Of a stretch of 64,000 nucleotides of DNA, positions 9,365-17,974 are shown piece after piece. The notes beneath the pieces are model-generated. The model ran no database searches, was not told the origin of the DNA, and saw only the letters and a program-made list of their open reading frames with translations. The position numbers and the translations under genes are program-made. This DNA is from Candidatus Anderseniibacteriota bacterium (GTDB lineage: Bacteria; Patescibacteriota; Andersenbacteria; UBA10190), in the NCBI GenBank assembly GCA_016197005.1, contig JACPWO010000001.1, positions 87,266 through 151,265 of the forward strand, in the 5' to 3' direction. How positions within the stretch are numbered: the stretch's first letter is position 1; the number at the start of each line of letters is the position of its first letter.

Positions 9365-10434
9365 CATTTGGATTTTTCGAAAACCCAGAACAAATAATAA
9401 GCGTGGCACGGGTGCTCGGCACCGGGGCTATTAACTTTTTGGCGGCATTTGCCCTCATGCCCCTCGTGATAAAGCTACTTAACTCCTGGCGGTTCGCAAA
9501 AAACATTCGTAATGATGGCTTGACTCCAATTTACTCAAGTCTCCACTTAAAAAAGGCCGGCACACCGGTTGGGGGTGGTATCCTGGTCTGGGGAACCGTG
9601 GTGATACTGGCAATTCTATTTTGGATTCCAGCAGTTCTCTATCCTTCCAATCCTACGCTGACGTTGAATTTTCTAACTCGTCCCCAAACCCTACTCCCAA
9701 TAGGTGCACTGCTGGCCGCAGCATTAGTAGGTTTGGCCGACGACTATTTTAATGTTCGTGGCTACGGCCCGAAAGGTGGCGGACTACGTATGTGGCACCG
9801 CATTATTTTATATACCGTAGTAGCTGGTTTTGGTGCCTGGTGGTTTTTCTACAAACTTGAATGGAGCTTAATTCATGTCCCGGGAGTTGGAGACTTTGAA
9901 ATTGGCTGGTGGTATATCCCGCTATTCATTTTTGTTATTGTCTCAACTGCTTTTTCGGTGAATGAAGCAGACGGGCTGGATGGTCTAGCTGGTGGTATTC
10001 TCTTATTTTGCTACGGGGCATTTGCTGCGTATGCCTTCCATATTGGCAGGGTGGAGCTGGCAATGTTCTGTGCGGCCATTGTTGGATCGCTTTTAGCATT
10101 CTTATGGTTCAACGTCTATCCGGCTAAGTTTTTTATGGGAGATACGGGGGCGATGAGCCTTGGGACAACCCTGGGAGTTATGGCCATGCTTACGAATACC
10201 GCCTTAGTGTTACCAATTATTGCGTTTCCCTTAGTAGTTGAATCCTTATCCGTCATTATTCAACTTCTCTCCAAGAGGTTCTTAGGCAGAAAAATATTTC
10301 GCTCGACACCCCTTCATCATCATTTTGAGGCATTAGGTTGGCCAGAGACTCAAGTAACAATGCGATTCTGGATTGTGGCAGCAGTTTCGGCCGGACTTGG
10401 GCTAGTAATTGCTCTTCTTGGTAAAGGGGCATGA
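9361..10434 (+). CDS. mraY: phospho-N-acetylmuramoyl-pentapeptide transferase MraY
   Basis: NEADGLDGLAGG and the DD(Y)xN motifs. Proposed GTG start overlaps the dacA-like stop (GTGA). The start is uncertain, since the track ORF begins at 9328. Confidence 0.8.
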   Translation: MTFGFFENPEQIISVARVLGTGAINFLAAFALMPLVIKLLNSWRFAKNIRNDGLTPIYSSLHLKKAGTPVGGGILVWGTVVILAILFWIPAVLYPSNPTLTLNFLTRPQTLLPIGALLAAALVGLADDYFNVRGYGPKGGGLRMWHRIILYTVVAGFGAWWFFYKLEWSLIHVPGVGDFEIGWWYIPLFIFVIVSTAFSVNEADGLDGLAGGILLFCYGAFAAYAFHIGRVELAMFCAAIVGSLLAFLWFNVYPAKFFMGDTGAMSLGTTLGVMAMLTNTALVLPIIAFPLVVESLSVIIQLLSKRFLGRKIFRSTPLHHHFEALGWPETQVTMRFWIVAAVSAGLGLVIALLGKGA

Positions 10435-11798
10435 CAAATTCTCTTAAAAATAAGCGCGTGACCGTGATGGGTCTCGGCCTTCATGGCGGAGCGTTGGGAA
10501 CTATTTCATGGCTGGTGAAGCAAGGAGCAAAAGTGACCGTGACGGATATGAAAAGTGAAGAACAACTTGCCTCATCGCTAAAACAACTTGGAAAACTTAA
10601 GAATATAAATTTTGTTTTAGGTCAGCACCGCACCGAGAATTTCACCAATACGGATTTAGTTATTCGCAATCCTGCGGTACCAAAAAATTCTCCCCACCTG
10701 CAAGCTGCTCGGAAAGCTGGCGTGGCAATCGAAATGGATAGCAGTTTATTTTTCTTATATTCACCAACGACAGATATTATTGGTGTTACTGGTTCCAAAG
10801 GTAAAACTACTGCTTCGCATGCCATCGCTCATATATTAGGAGCAACAAGGGTGGGGACGGATGGTGTATCTCCGCTCGGTGAGGTAGCAAAACTAAAGGA
10901 AAACTCAACGGTGGTATTCGAACTTTCTAGCTGGCGCCTGGAAGCACTTACGTCGCACAAGATAAGTCCGCCAGTAGCGGTGGTGACATCAATATATCGT
11001 GAACATTTAAATACGTATACGGATTTACCAGAGTACATTGCGGCCAAAAAGGGAATTATTCGTTACCAGAAAGCGGAGGATACCGCCATCCTTAACTATG
11101 ATGATGCAGAACTGCGAACATGGGAGTCAGAAGTACAAGGAACATTGTATTGGTTTTCCCTCAAGGAATTGCCGTCAGGAAAAGAGGGGATCTACCGGCA
11201 AGATGGACAAGCAGTTGTGCGGATAAAAGATAAAGAAATTTCTATTCCCTTACATACGCTCGCACTGCAGGCTGATCACGAGCAACGGAATGTTTTGCCA
11301 GCTATTTTAATTGCGTGCCAGCGAGGAGTAAGTTCAGAAAAAATTACGGCAGCCCTTACTAGCCTTCCACGACTTTCTCATCGCCTGGAAATAATTCGAG
11401 AACTTAACGGTGTTACCTATATCAATGACTCGGCTTCAACCATGCCTGATGCAACCATTGCGGCTCTCCAGAGTCTTGCCGGAAAATCACTCGTCCTCAT
11501 TCTCGGTGGTAGTGACAAGAAACTGGAATTCAAAGAATTAGGAACAGCGGTGGATGCAGCCGATGTTCGCGCTATTGTTTGGTTGCCTGGCTCCGCAACT
11601 GCTCGTATGAAAAGTGAGACACAAAAGGAAGTACCACAAACTGGAGCTGAAACTATGACTGAGGCGGTTACACAAGCAGCGACAATAGCACAAAGCGGTG
11701 ACACCGTTCTTTTGTCTCCGGGTGCAACAAGCTTTGGCCTCTTTAAGCACGAATTTGATCGCGGCGATCAATTTCGGCAAACCGTTAGCACTCTCTAA
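10431..11798 (+). CDS. murD: UDP-N-acetylmuramoylalanine--D-glutamate ligase MurD
   Basis: MurD N-terminal Rossmann (VMGLGLHGG) and Mur ligase P-loop GVTGSKGKTT. ATGA overlap with mraY. Confidence 0.85.
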   Translation: MTNSLKNKRVTVMGLGLHGGALGTISWLVKQGAKVTVTDMKSEEQLASSLKQLGKLKNINFVLGQHRTENFTNTDLVIRNPAVPKNSPHLQAARKAGVAIEMDSSLFFLYSPTTDIIGVTGSKGKTTASHAIAHILGATRVGTDGVSPLGEVAKLKENSTVVFELSSWRLEALTSHKISPPVAVVTSIYREHLNTYTDLPEYIAAKKGIIRYQKAEDTAILNYDDAELRTWESEVQGTLYWFSLKELPSGKEGIYRQDGQAVVRIKDKEISIPLHTLALQADHEQRNVLPAILIACQRGVSSEKITAALTSLPRLSHRLEIIRELNGVTYINDSASTMPDATIAALQSLAGKSLVLILGGSDKKLEFKELGTAVDAADVRAIVWLPGSATARMKSETQKEVPQTGAETMTEAVTQAATIAQSGDTVLLSPGATSFGLFKHEFDRGDQFRQTVSTL

Positions 11799-11842
11799 CG
11801 GAGTTGGCGGAAAGATGAGGCCAATACGGTATACTGCGTAGC

Positions 11843-12949
11843 ATGTCCAGAACGCCAGATCTTATCCTTCTTTTTAGTATTTTAGGTCTCACCATTTTTG
11901 GCATGGTGATGGTGGGAAGTGCGTCGACCGTTCAGGCCGAGCAACTAACTGGGGACCCGTTCTTTTTCTTAAAACATCAGCTTCTGTACGGTGGAACCGT
12001 TGGCTTCGCTCTCTTTGTAACGGCCTTCATTGTGCCATATCGTTTCTGGCAAAAGTTGGCGCTGCCAGCCTTAGTCGGTGCTCTCATCTTACTTGCTCTG
12101 GTGTTTATTCCTGGACTTCAAGTGGAGTCCGGCGGCGCAGCGCGTTGGATTGGATTTGGTCCGGTCACTATCCAACCGAGCGAAATAGCGAAATTGGCTT
12201 TTATTTTATACTTAGCAGCTCTGCTTGAGCGAAAAGGGGAAGATATACGGGATTTTAGAAAAAGCGTGATGCCGTTTCTCATGATCACGGCTGCTATTTC
12301 TTTTTTGATTATTCTGCAACCAGATATAGGAACTTTGTTTGCTATTACTGCCATCGCGGCGGCTATGGTATTCGCAGCTGGGTTTCGCCTACGCCATCTT
12401 GCCCTCATTGGTGGTCTGGGGGTAGCAGCTTTTGCATTACTCGTAAGCACCGCAAGTTACCGTTTATCTCGTATCTTCGTCTATTTGCATCCTGAGCTTG
12501 ATCCACAGGGTATTGGCTACCAAATTAATCAAGCTCTCTTGGCAGTAGGTAGTGGTGGAGTATTCGGACTTGGATTTGGACGCAGCCGCCAAAAATATTT
12601 ATTTCTACCGGAACCGGCTAGCGATAGTATTTTTGCAGTCGCAGCAGAAGAGCTGGGATTGGTTCGGACAATTGGCATTCTCATTGTTTTTGCAGTGATT
12701 GGTATTCGTGGCTATCGTATCGCCGCCTTAGCTCCAGATATGTTTGGTCGTCTCTTAGCGGTCGGAATTACCTCATGGATTGTGATGCAAGCATTTGTAA
12801 ACATAGGAGCAATTCTGGCGATTATTCCACTTACTGGTATTCCACTGCCGTTTATTAGTTACGGCGGATCCGCTCTCGCAACACTATTATTTGCATCGGG
12901 CATTCTTCTTAATATCTCAAAACACACCCAACCGCTCACGAGTCGATAG
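11843..12949 (+). CDS. ftsW: SEDS-family peptidoglycan glycosyltransferase FtsW
   Basis: 10-TM FtsW/RodA family. Its position between murD and murG in the dcw cluster points to FtsW. Confidence 0.8.
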   Translation: MSRTPDLILLFSILGLTIFGMVMVGSASTVQAEQLTGDPFFFLKHQLLYGGTVGFALFVTAFIVPYRFWQKLALPALVGALILLALVFIPGLQVESGGAARWIGFGPVTIQPSEIAKLAFILYLAALLERKGEDIRDFRKSVMPFLMITAAISFLIILQPDIGTLFAITAIAAAMVFAAGFRLRHLALIGGLGVAAFALLVSTASYRLSRIFVYLHPELDPQGIGYQINQALLAVGSGGVFGLGFGRSRQKYLFLPEPASDSIFAVAAEELGLVRTIGILIVFAVIGIRGYRIAALAPDMFGRLLAVGITSWIVMQAFVNIGAILAIIPLTGIPLPFISYGGSALATLLFASGILLNISKHTQPLTSR

Positions 12950-12995
12950 GATCTTAATAGTTACAAGTGCCCCGTTACTGGGTACTATATAGCTC

Positions 12996-14174
12996 ATGCG
13001 AATTGTACTCACAGGTGGTGGTACCGGCGGTCATATTATTCCCTTCGAACCGATAGTCGAAGCTCTGCGTACGCAATTTATGGAGCGAGGCAAGTCTCTG
13101 CCCAAGTGGCTTGACCCAGAGACATTGGAGCTTGTCTTCGTTGGGGTCGTTACGCCTGAAGTCTCCGATCTTTTCTCTCGTTACTCCGTCCCAGTACGAA
13201 ATGTTCCGTCAGGGAAACTACGCCGGTACGCTTCTGGTCAGAATATTATTGATATTCTTTTTCGCGTACCGATCGGCATTCTGCGCGCCCTCATTGTCAT
13301 ATGGCAACTCATGCCGGATGTCATCATTAGTAAGGGCGGATACGGTAGCTTGCCAATAGTACTCGCAGCGATGGTCTACCGCATTCCTGTACTTGTGCAC
13401 GAATCTGATGTCGTACCGGGAGCGGCAAATTCATTATTGTTTCGTTTTGCCGCTGCAATAACAGTTGGATATGCACATACTCTTCAATCAATGAGCCGGT
13501 GGGTGAAGAAAAGTTACCTAACCGGTACTCCTGCTCGCAGCCAGCTCCGTAATCTTTCGGCAACCGATGGCAAACGAGCCTTTGGTATTCCCGAAAATGA
13601 ATTTGTTTTATTGGTATTCGGTGGCAGCCAGGGCGCGCAACAATTAAATGAAGCCTTACTAAAAATTCTTCCTCGTCTCATCCCAGACGTCGCCATCATT
13701 CACGTTACTGGGGAAGAACACTTTAACTCCGTTTCAACTGTTGCCAAAGAAATACTTGGACATAGCCCTCGCCAAGATCTTTATCAGGTTCATGGATATC
13801 TTAAGAACAACATGCTGTTGGCCCTGGCCGCTGCTGATGCCATCGTTAGTCGCGCGGGAGCTACTACTCTCAGTGAATTAGCTGCTGCTCGAAAGCCAGC
13901 CCTGCTGATTCCGCTAGCTAACGCCGCGCAAGATCACCAACGTAAGAACGCCCAACTGTTTGAGGCCGCTGGCGCGGCATTAGTACTTGATCCAACGAAC
14001 ATGGGCATGAACTTGTTTGAGCAAAATATTCGTCGCCTTATTTCTCACGACCAACTACGACAAACCCTCATTAAAAACTTAGCTCAACTTGACGCACCCG
14101 AGGCAGCCCGTAAGATTGCCGGGATGGCATTTAACTTAGCGCAGGGACTGCGACCAAGCGCCGGAAAAAAGTGA
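12996..14174 (+). CDS. murG: undecaprenyldiphospho-muramoylpentapeptide beta-N-acetylglucosaminyltransferase MurG
   Basis: N-terminal GGGTGGHIIP signature, GT28 family. dcw synteny. Confidence 0.85.
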   Translation: MRIVLTGGGTGGHIIPFEPIVEALRTQFMERGKSLPKWLDPETLELVFVGVVTPEVSDLFSRYSVPVRNVPSGKLRRYASGQNIIDILFRVPIGILRALIVIWQLMPDVIISKGGYGSLPIVLAAMVYRIPVLVHESDVVPGAANSLLFRFAAAITVGYAHTLQSMSRWVKKSYLTGTPARSQLRNLSATDGKRAFGIPENEFVLLVFGGSQGAQQLNEALLKILPRLIPDVAIIHVTGEEHFNSVSTVAKEILGHSPRQDLYQVHGYLKNNMLLALAAADAIVSRAGATTLSELAAARKPALLIPLANAAQDHQRKNAQLFEAAGAALVLDPTNMGMNLFEQNIRRLISHDQLRQTLIKNLAQLDAPEAARKIAGMAFNLAQGLRPSAGKK

Positions 14175-15454
14175 ATCTCGCAAGTTCCAAGGTAGTATTT
14201 CTGCACGGCATTGCTGGTACTGGCATGCGCGGGTTGGCGTGGCTGTTATCCGAAAGTGAGAAAGAAATTCGCGGGACAGACGCAACTCCTTCTGCCCTTA
14301 CTGATGTGCCTATAGAATTTACTGTGACGACTGAAGACAAAGCTCCGTCTCTTCTTCTCGGAGTAGATGTATATATTTATTCTGATGCTGTTCTTCCAAC
14401 TCATCCCTTGCGCCAGCTGGCTGAGAAACAAGGAATTTTGTCGTTGTCGTACCAAAAAGCGTTAGGTGAACTGACGAGCGCCTACCGACTTATTGCGGTC
14501 ACCGGCACACACGGTAAATCTTCTACGACGGCATTTTTAGCACATATCTTGCGTGTCACCGGACATGATCCATCCGCTTTGGTCGGAGCGGGTATACCGG
14601 CTTGGCCAGGGAAGCACGCCCTCAGTGGAACGAGTGATGTATTTGTTGCCGAGGCTGATGAATACCGGAATCACTTTCACGAACTTACTCCGGCAGCAGC
14701 TATTATTACCGCTATTGAGTATGATCATCCGGACTTTTTTACGTCAGAAGAAGATATGTGGAAGTCGTACCAGACCTTTATTAACCTTTTGCCGTCAGAT
14801 GGGTTTCTTATTATTCCCAGCACTCTTCGCCGTCTGCCCCTGAGCTGGCCGGACATTACATTAGAAGTAGAAATAGATCACGATTTACCGGATGCACCCA
14901 TTCCCGGAAAACACATGCAGGCTAACGCTAAACTTGCTATATCTGCAGCGAAACAGTTGGGAGTAGATGAAAGACAATCGCAGGCGGCTCTCAAAACATT
15001 CACCGGCCTTAGCCGTCGCTTTGAAACAGTAGGCAAACTTGGTGACATGACCGTCATTTCAGACTACGGCCATCACCCTACAGAAATTGCAGCTACACTC
15101 ACCGCTGTTCGGGAAAGGTTCCCCGACAAAAAGGTGGTTGCTGTTTTTGAAGCTCATATGGCCGAGCGGATGCAAGCCTTTAACCATGAATTTGCGAAAG
15201 CACTCAGCATCGCTGATGCCGTCATTATCTACCCACCCTATTTACCCGCTGGACGAGAAGGAAGCGCCGCCAATGTACTCCGTGATCAACTCGTCGAGGC
15301 AATACAACAACACAAAACCCCAGTAACAGTGCTGCACCATGCAAAAGAATTGTTTAGTGCTTTAGACCGCTATAAAGACACATACGATATTGCGATCGCT
15401 TGCACGGCCGGGCGTCTCGATGCTGACCTAAGGACAGTTGTTTTGCCCCGCTAA
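14171..15454 (+). CDS. murC: UDP-N-acetylmuramate--L-alanine ligase MurC
   Basis: Mur ligase P-loop AVTGTHGKSSTTA and MurC N-domain GIAGTGM. ATGA overlap with murG. Confidence 0.85.
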   Translation: MNLASSKVVFLHGIAGTGMRGLAWLLSESEKEIRGTDATPSALTDVPIEFTVTTEDKAPSLLLGVDVYIYSDAVLPTHPLRQLAEKQGILSLSYQKALGELTSAYRLIAVTGTHGKSSTTAFLAHILRVTGHDPSALVGAGIPAWPGKHALSGTSDVFVAEADEYRNHFHELTPAAAIITAIEYDHPDFFTSEEDMWKSYQTFINLLPSDGFLIIPSTLRRLPLSWPDITLEVEIDHDLPDAPIPGKHMQANAKLAISAAKQLGVDERQSQAALKTFTGLSRRFETVGKLGDMTVISDYGHHPTEIAATLTAVRERFPDKKVVAVFEAHMAERMQAFNHEFAKALSIADAVIIYPPYLPAGREGSAANVLRDQLVEAIQQHKTPVTVLHHAKELFSALDRYKDTYDIAIACTAGRLDADLRTVVLPR

Positions 15455-15557
15455 TTCCGCCAAAACAATCTGACAAGCACGGGCTGGACATTTTTTATGA
15501 TCCAGCGTATATTCGGCTGTTCGCCTTGACCCTTCTGGTTGCTCAGGGTAAACAAAA

Positions 15558-15586
15558 TTGACAATCTTTTACATATGTGCTACTAA
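15558..15586 (+). promoter_or_regulatory. candidate sigma70-type promoter (TTGACA-17-TACTAA)
   Basis: TTGACA at 15558-15563, a 17-nt spacer, then TACTAA at 15581-15586, upstream of the ATG at 15594. The ORF-track TTG start is the -35 hexamer itself. Confidence 0.35.
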
Positions 15587-15593
15587 AGAGTTT

Positions 15594-16637
15594 ATGAATC
15601 AAGTGACCTCCGTAAAACCTAATCTTCTAGAAATCCGTCGTACGATGCTGGAAGTGCTCGATACCCGTTCTAAGGACGTTATTACGCGTCGTTTTGGCTT
15701 GAAAAATGAGCAGAAAGAAACGCTCGAAAAAATTGGTAAAGAATACGGCATTACTCGAGAGCGTGTTCGTCAAATTGAAGCCAATGCCAAGAAGACTTTG
15801 GCTGGCCTCGAAAATACTTGGAAACCAGCGTACGAATCTCTTCTTGAAATCTTCCGACAATACGGCGGAGTAATGGCTGAGGAACATATTATCAAGGCCG
15901 TACAGACTCGTCTTGATGAAAATATTTCTGGCAATACGATCGTATTTTTCCTGGTTCTCTTACCTGGATTTATTGAAGCAGCTCCAAGTAAAGTATTTGG
16001 TCCACATTGGCGCCATGAGTCTGCGCTCCATCCTCACATCGAAGCAGCAGTACTTGAGGCTTCCACTATTCTCAAAAAGAAAGGTCATCCAATTCCTGGT
16101 AGTGAGCTTCTGTCTGAAATTCGCTCGTCTCTTAATCTTTCTGCACAAGAACTCTCTGACGATGCTGCTCAAGCTGCACTGACTGCTAGCATCAGCATTC
16201 GACCAACTGTCTTTGGACAATGGGGCTTAAGCACCTGGGCTGAAACAAATCCTCGTGGTGTAGCTGACAAGGCTTACACCGTACTGCGTCGTAACAGCAA
16301 ACCATCCCATTTTCGCGATATTACCAAGCTTATTAACGAAGCTCGTTTTGATCAGAAAACAGCTAACGCTCAAACTGTGCATAATGAACTCATTAAAGAT
16401 GGTCGCTTTGTTTTAGTCGGACGCGGCCTCTACGGCCTTAAAGAATGGGGATATATGAGTGGTACAGTCGCTGACGTACTTGAAGCAATCCTCAAAAAGA
16501 CGAGCCAACCCCTGACAAGTGATGAACTGGTAAACAAAGTTCTAGAACAGCGCATTGTCAAAAAGAACACAATTCTCTTAAGTCTCCAAAACGGGAAACG
16601 ATTCCAAAAAACACCAAGCGGATACACGCTTGCGTAA
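15594..16637 (+). CDS. DNA-binding protein with sigma-70 region-4-like HTH plus two HARE-HTH-like repeats
   Basis: N-terminal RRFGLKNEQKETLEKIGKEYGITRERVRQIEANAKKTL resembles sigma region 4. The two repeats ending in GQWGLSTW and GLYGLKEWGY resemble the HARE-HTH fold of the RNA polymerase delta subunit. Confidence 0.5.
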   Translation: MNQVTSVKPNLLEIRRTMLEVLDTRSKDVITRRFGLKNEQKETLEKIGKEYGITRERVRQIEANAKKTLAGLENTWKPAYESLLEIFRQYGGVMAEEHIIKAVQTRLDENISGNTIVFFLVLLPGFIEAAPSKVFGPHWRHESALHPHIEAAVLEASTILKKKGHPIPGSELLSEIRSSLNLSAQELSDDAAQAALTASISIRPTVFGQWGLSTWAETNPRGVADKAYTVLRRNSKPSHFRDITKLINEARFDQKTANAQTVHNELIKDGRFVLVGRGLYGLKEWGYMSGTVADVLEAILKKTSQPLTSDELVNKVLEQRIVKKNTILLSLQNGKRFQKTPSGYTLA

Positions 16638-16657
16638 GACTGAGATACAATACAACT

Positions 16658-17968
16658 ATGGTGCAAGCACTCGCCCCCTTACAAGCGGGGCAAGCGTCAT
16701 TAAGCTTCGTATCCTTTTTTGAAACATTTGGTCCAGCGTTTTTAGCACTGGGCTGGTTTATAGTGCTCTGGATGCTCATGTGGCTGGCTTGGAATGTATA
16801 TTTACTCCTGCGGCGTATTGATTATTCCAGTGCTATTCAGTGGACGTTCTTGGAAGTAAAGATTCCACCAGATAGCGAAGAGACACCAAAATCGATGGAG
16901 CTGTTTTTTGAGATCATAGCTGGTATGCACAAAACGCCAGATAAAACAGAACTTTATTTTGACGGAATGATGGAGCCCTGGATTTCCTGTGAGATTCAGT
17001 GCACGCAAGGGAAGGTACGTTATTTCTTAGTCATTCAGACACCGTACCGACAATTCATTGAAGGAGTACTCTATGGTCAATTTCCACGAGCGGAGATAAC
17101 TGAGGCGGAAGATTATACGCTGAAATATAATTGGAAAGAAATTCGCAAAAAATTTGATTTGTTTGGCACTGAGGTAGTGATGACCGGTGAAGAGTTTTAT
17201 CCCATTCGCACCTATCTAGAATACGAAACGAAATTAGCAGAGGAAGATAAATACATCGATCCACACCAAGGTATTGTGGAAACGTTTACCGCGATAAACC
17301 CTGGAGAAGAATTTTGGTTGCAGATTATTGTCCGTCCAATTGATGCCGGCACGATTAAAAAATGGGCAGAAAAAGGACAACATGAGATTGCCCTTATTTC
17401 CGGACAAGCTAAGAAGGAAGGTCCAGGAATACTGGCAAGTTTAGGCGACTTTTTTGTAAGCTTGCCGGGTGCCCTTATCAGTGCATTTATGACTGGACCA
17501 ACTGAAGCGAGCAGCAAAGATGAATACCAGCTACGTTTCTTTAACCCGACTGATGAAGCGAAAATGAAGGGTATTCTGCAAAAAGTCTCCAAAGCTGGAT
17601 TTAAGACGAAGATACGAGTGCTTCATATTGCTCCGGCTGGGCAACTCCAGAAGCCAAACATTGGTCGCGCCTTTGGTGCATTTAAGCAATTTAACACCTT
17701 CCATTTGAACAGTTTGAAGCCAGACTCAGCTACTAAATCTAACGGCCCCAACTACATCGCCCGTGATAGTCGCCGTGCGCTCCGGGAACGAAAAATCTTC
17801 TTGCAGTATCAGTGGCGCGAGATATGGTATGGCGATGGCAAAATGTTTAATGCGGAGGAACTGGCTACGCTGTATCATTTCCCATCAAAGTACGTGAAAA
17901 CTCCTGGCCTTGCTCGATCTAAATCTGGCCTCCAAGCGCCGCCTGATAATTTACCGTTGGCCGGCTAA
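16658..17968 (+). CDS. hypothetical membrane-anchored protein (N-terminal TM hairpin, large soluble domain)
   Basis: Hydrophobic segment FLALGWFIVLWMLMWLAWNVYLLL followed by ~380 soluble residues. Only a 6-nt gap to the downstream ATPase gene. Confidence 0.4.
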   Translation: MVQALAPLQAGQASLSFVSFFETFGPAFLALGWFIVLWMLMWLAWNVYLLLRRIDYSSAIQWTFLEVKIPPDSEETPKSMELFFEIIAGMHKTPDKTELYFDGMMEPWISCEIQCTQGKVRYFLVIQTPYRQFIEGVLYGQFPRAEITEAEDYTLKYNWKEIRKKFDLFGTEVVMTGEEFYPIRTYLEYETKLAEEDKYIDPHQGIVETFTAINPGEEFWLQIIVRPIDAGTIKKWAEKGQHEIALISGQAKKEGPGILASLGDFFVSLPGALISAFMTGPTEASSKDEYQLRFFNPTDEAKMKGILQKVSKAGFKTKIRVLHIAPAGQLQKPNIGRAFGAFKQFNTFHLNSLKPDSATKSNGPNYIARDSRRALRERKIFLQYQWREIWYGDGKMFNAEELATLYHFPSKYVKTPGLARSKSGLQAPPDNLPLAG

Positions 17969-17974
17969 TATTCT

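Noticed and set aside
15558-15593. ORF-track starts at TTG codons that coincide with -35 hexamers (15558, 28416), and TTG starts at 24439 and 27492
   Set aside because: The TTG of TTGACA is being read as a start codon. Downstream ATG codons with better context and homology-based N-termini were preferred where evident, giving 15594, 28524 and 27531. The infA start was left unresolved.
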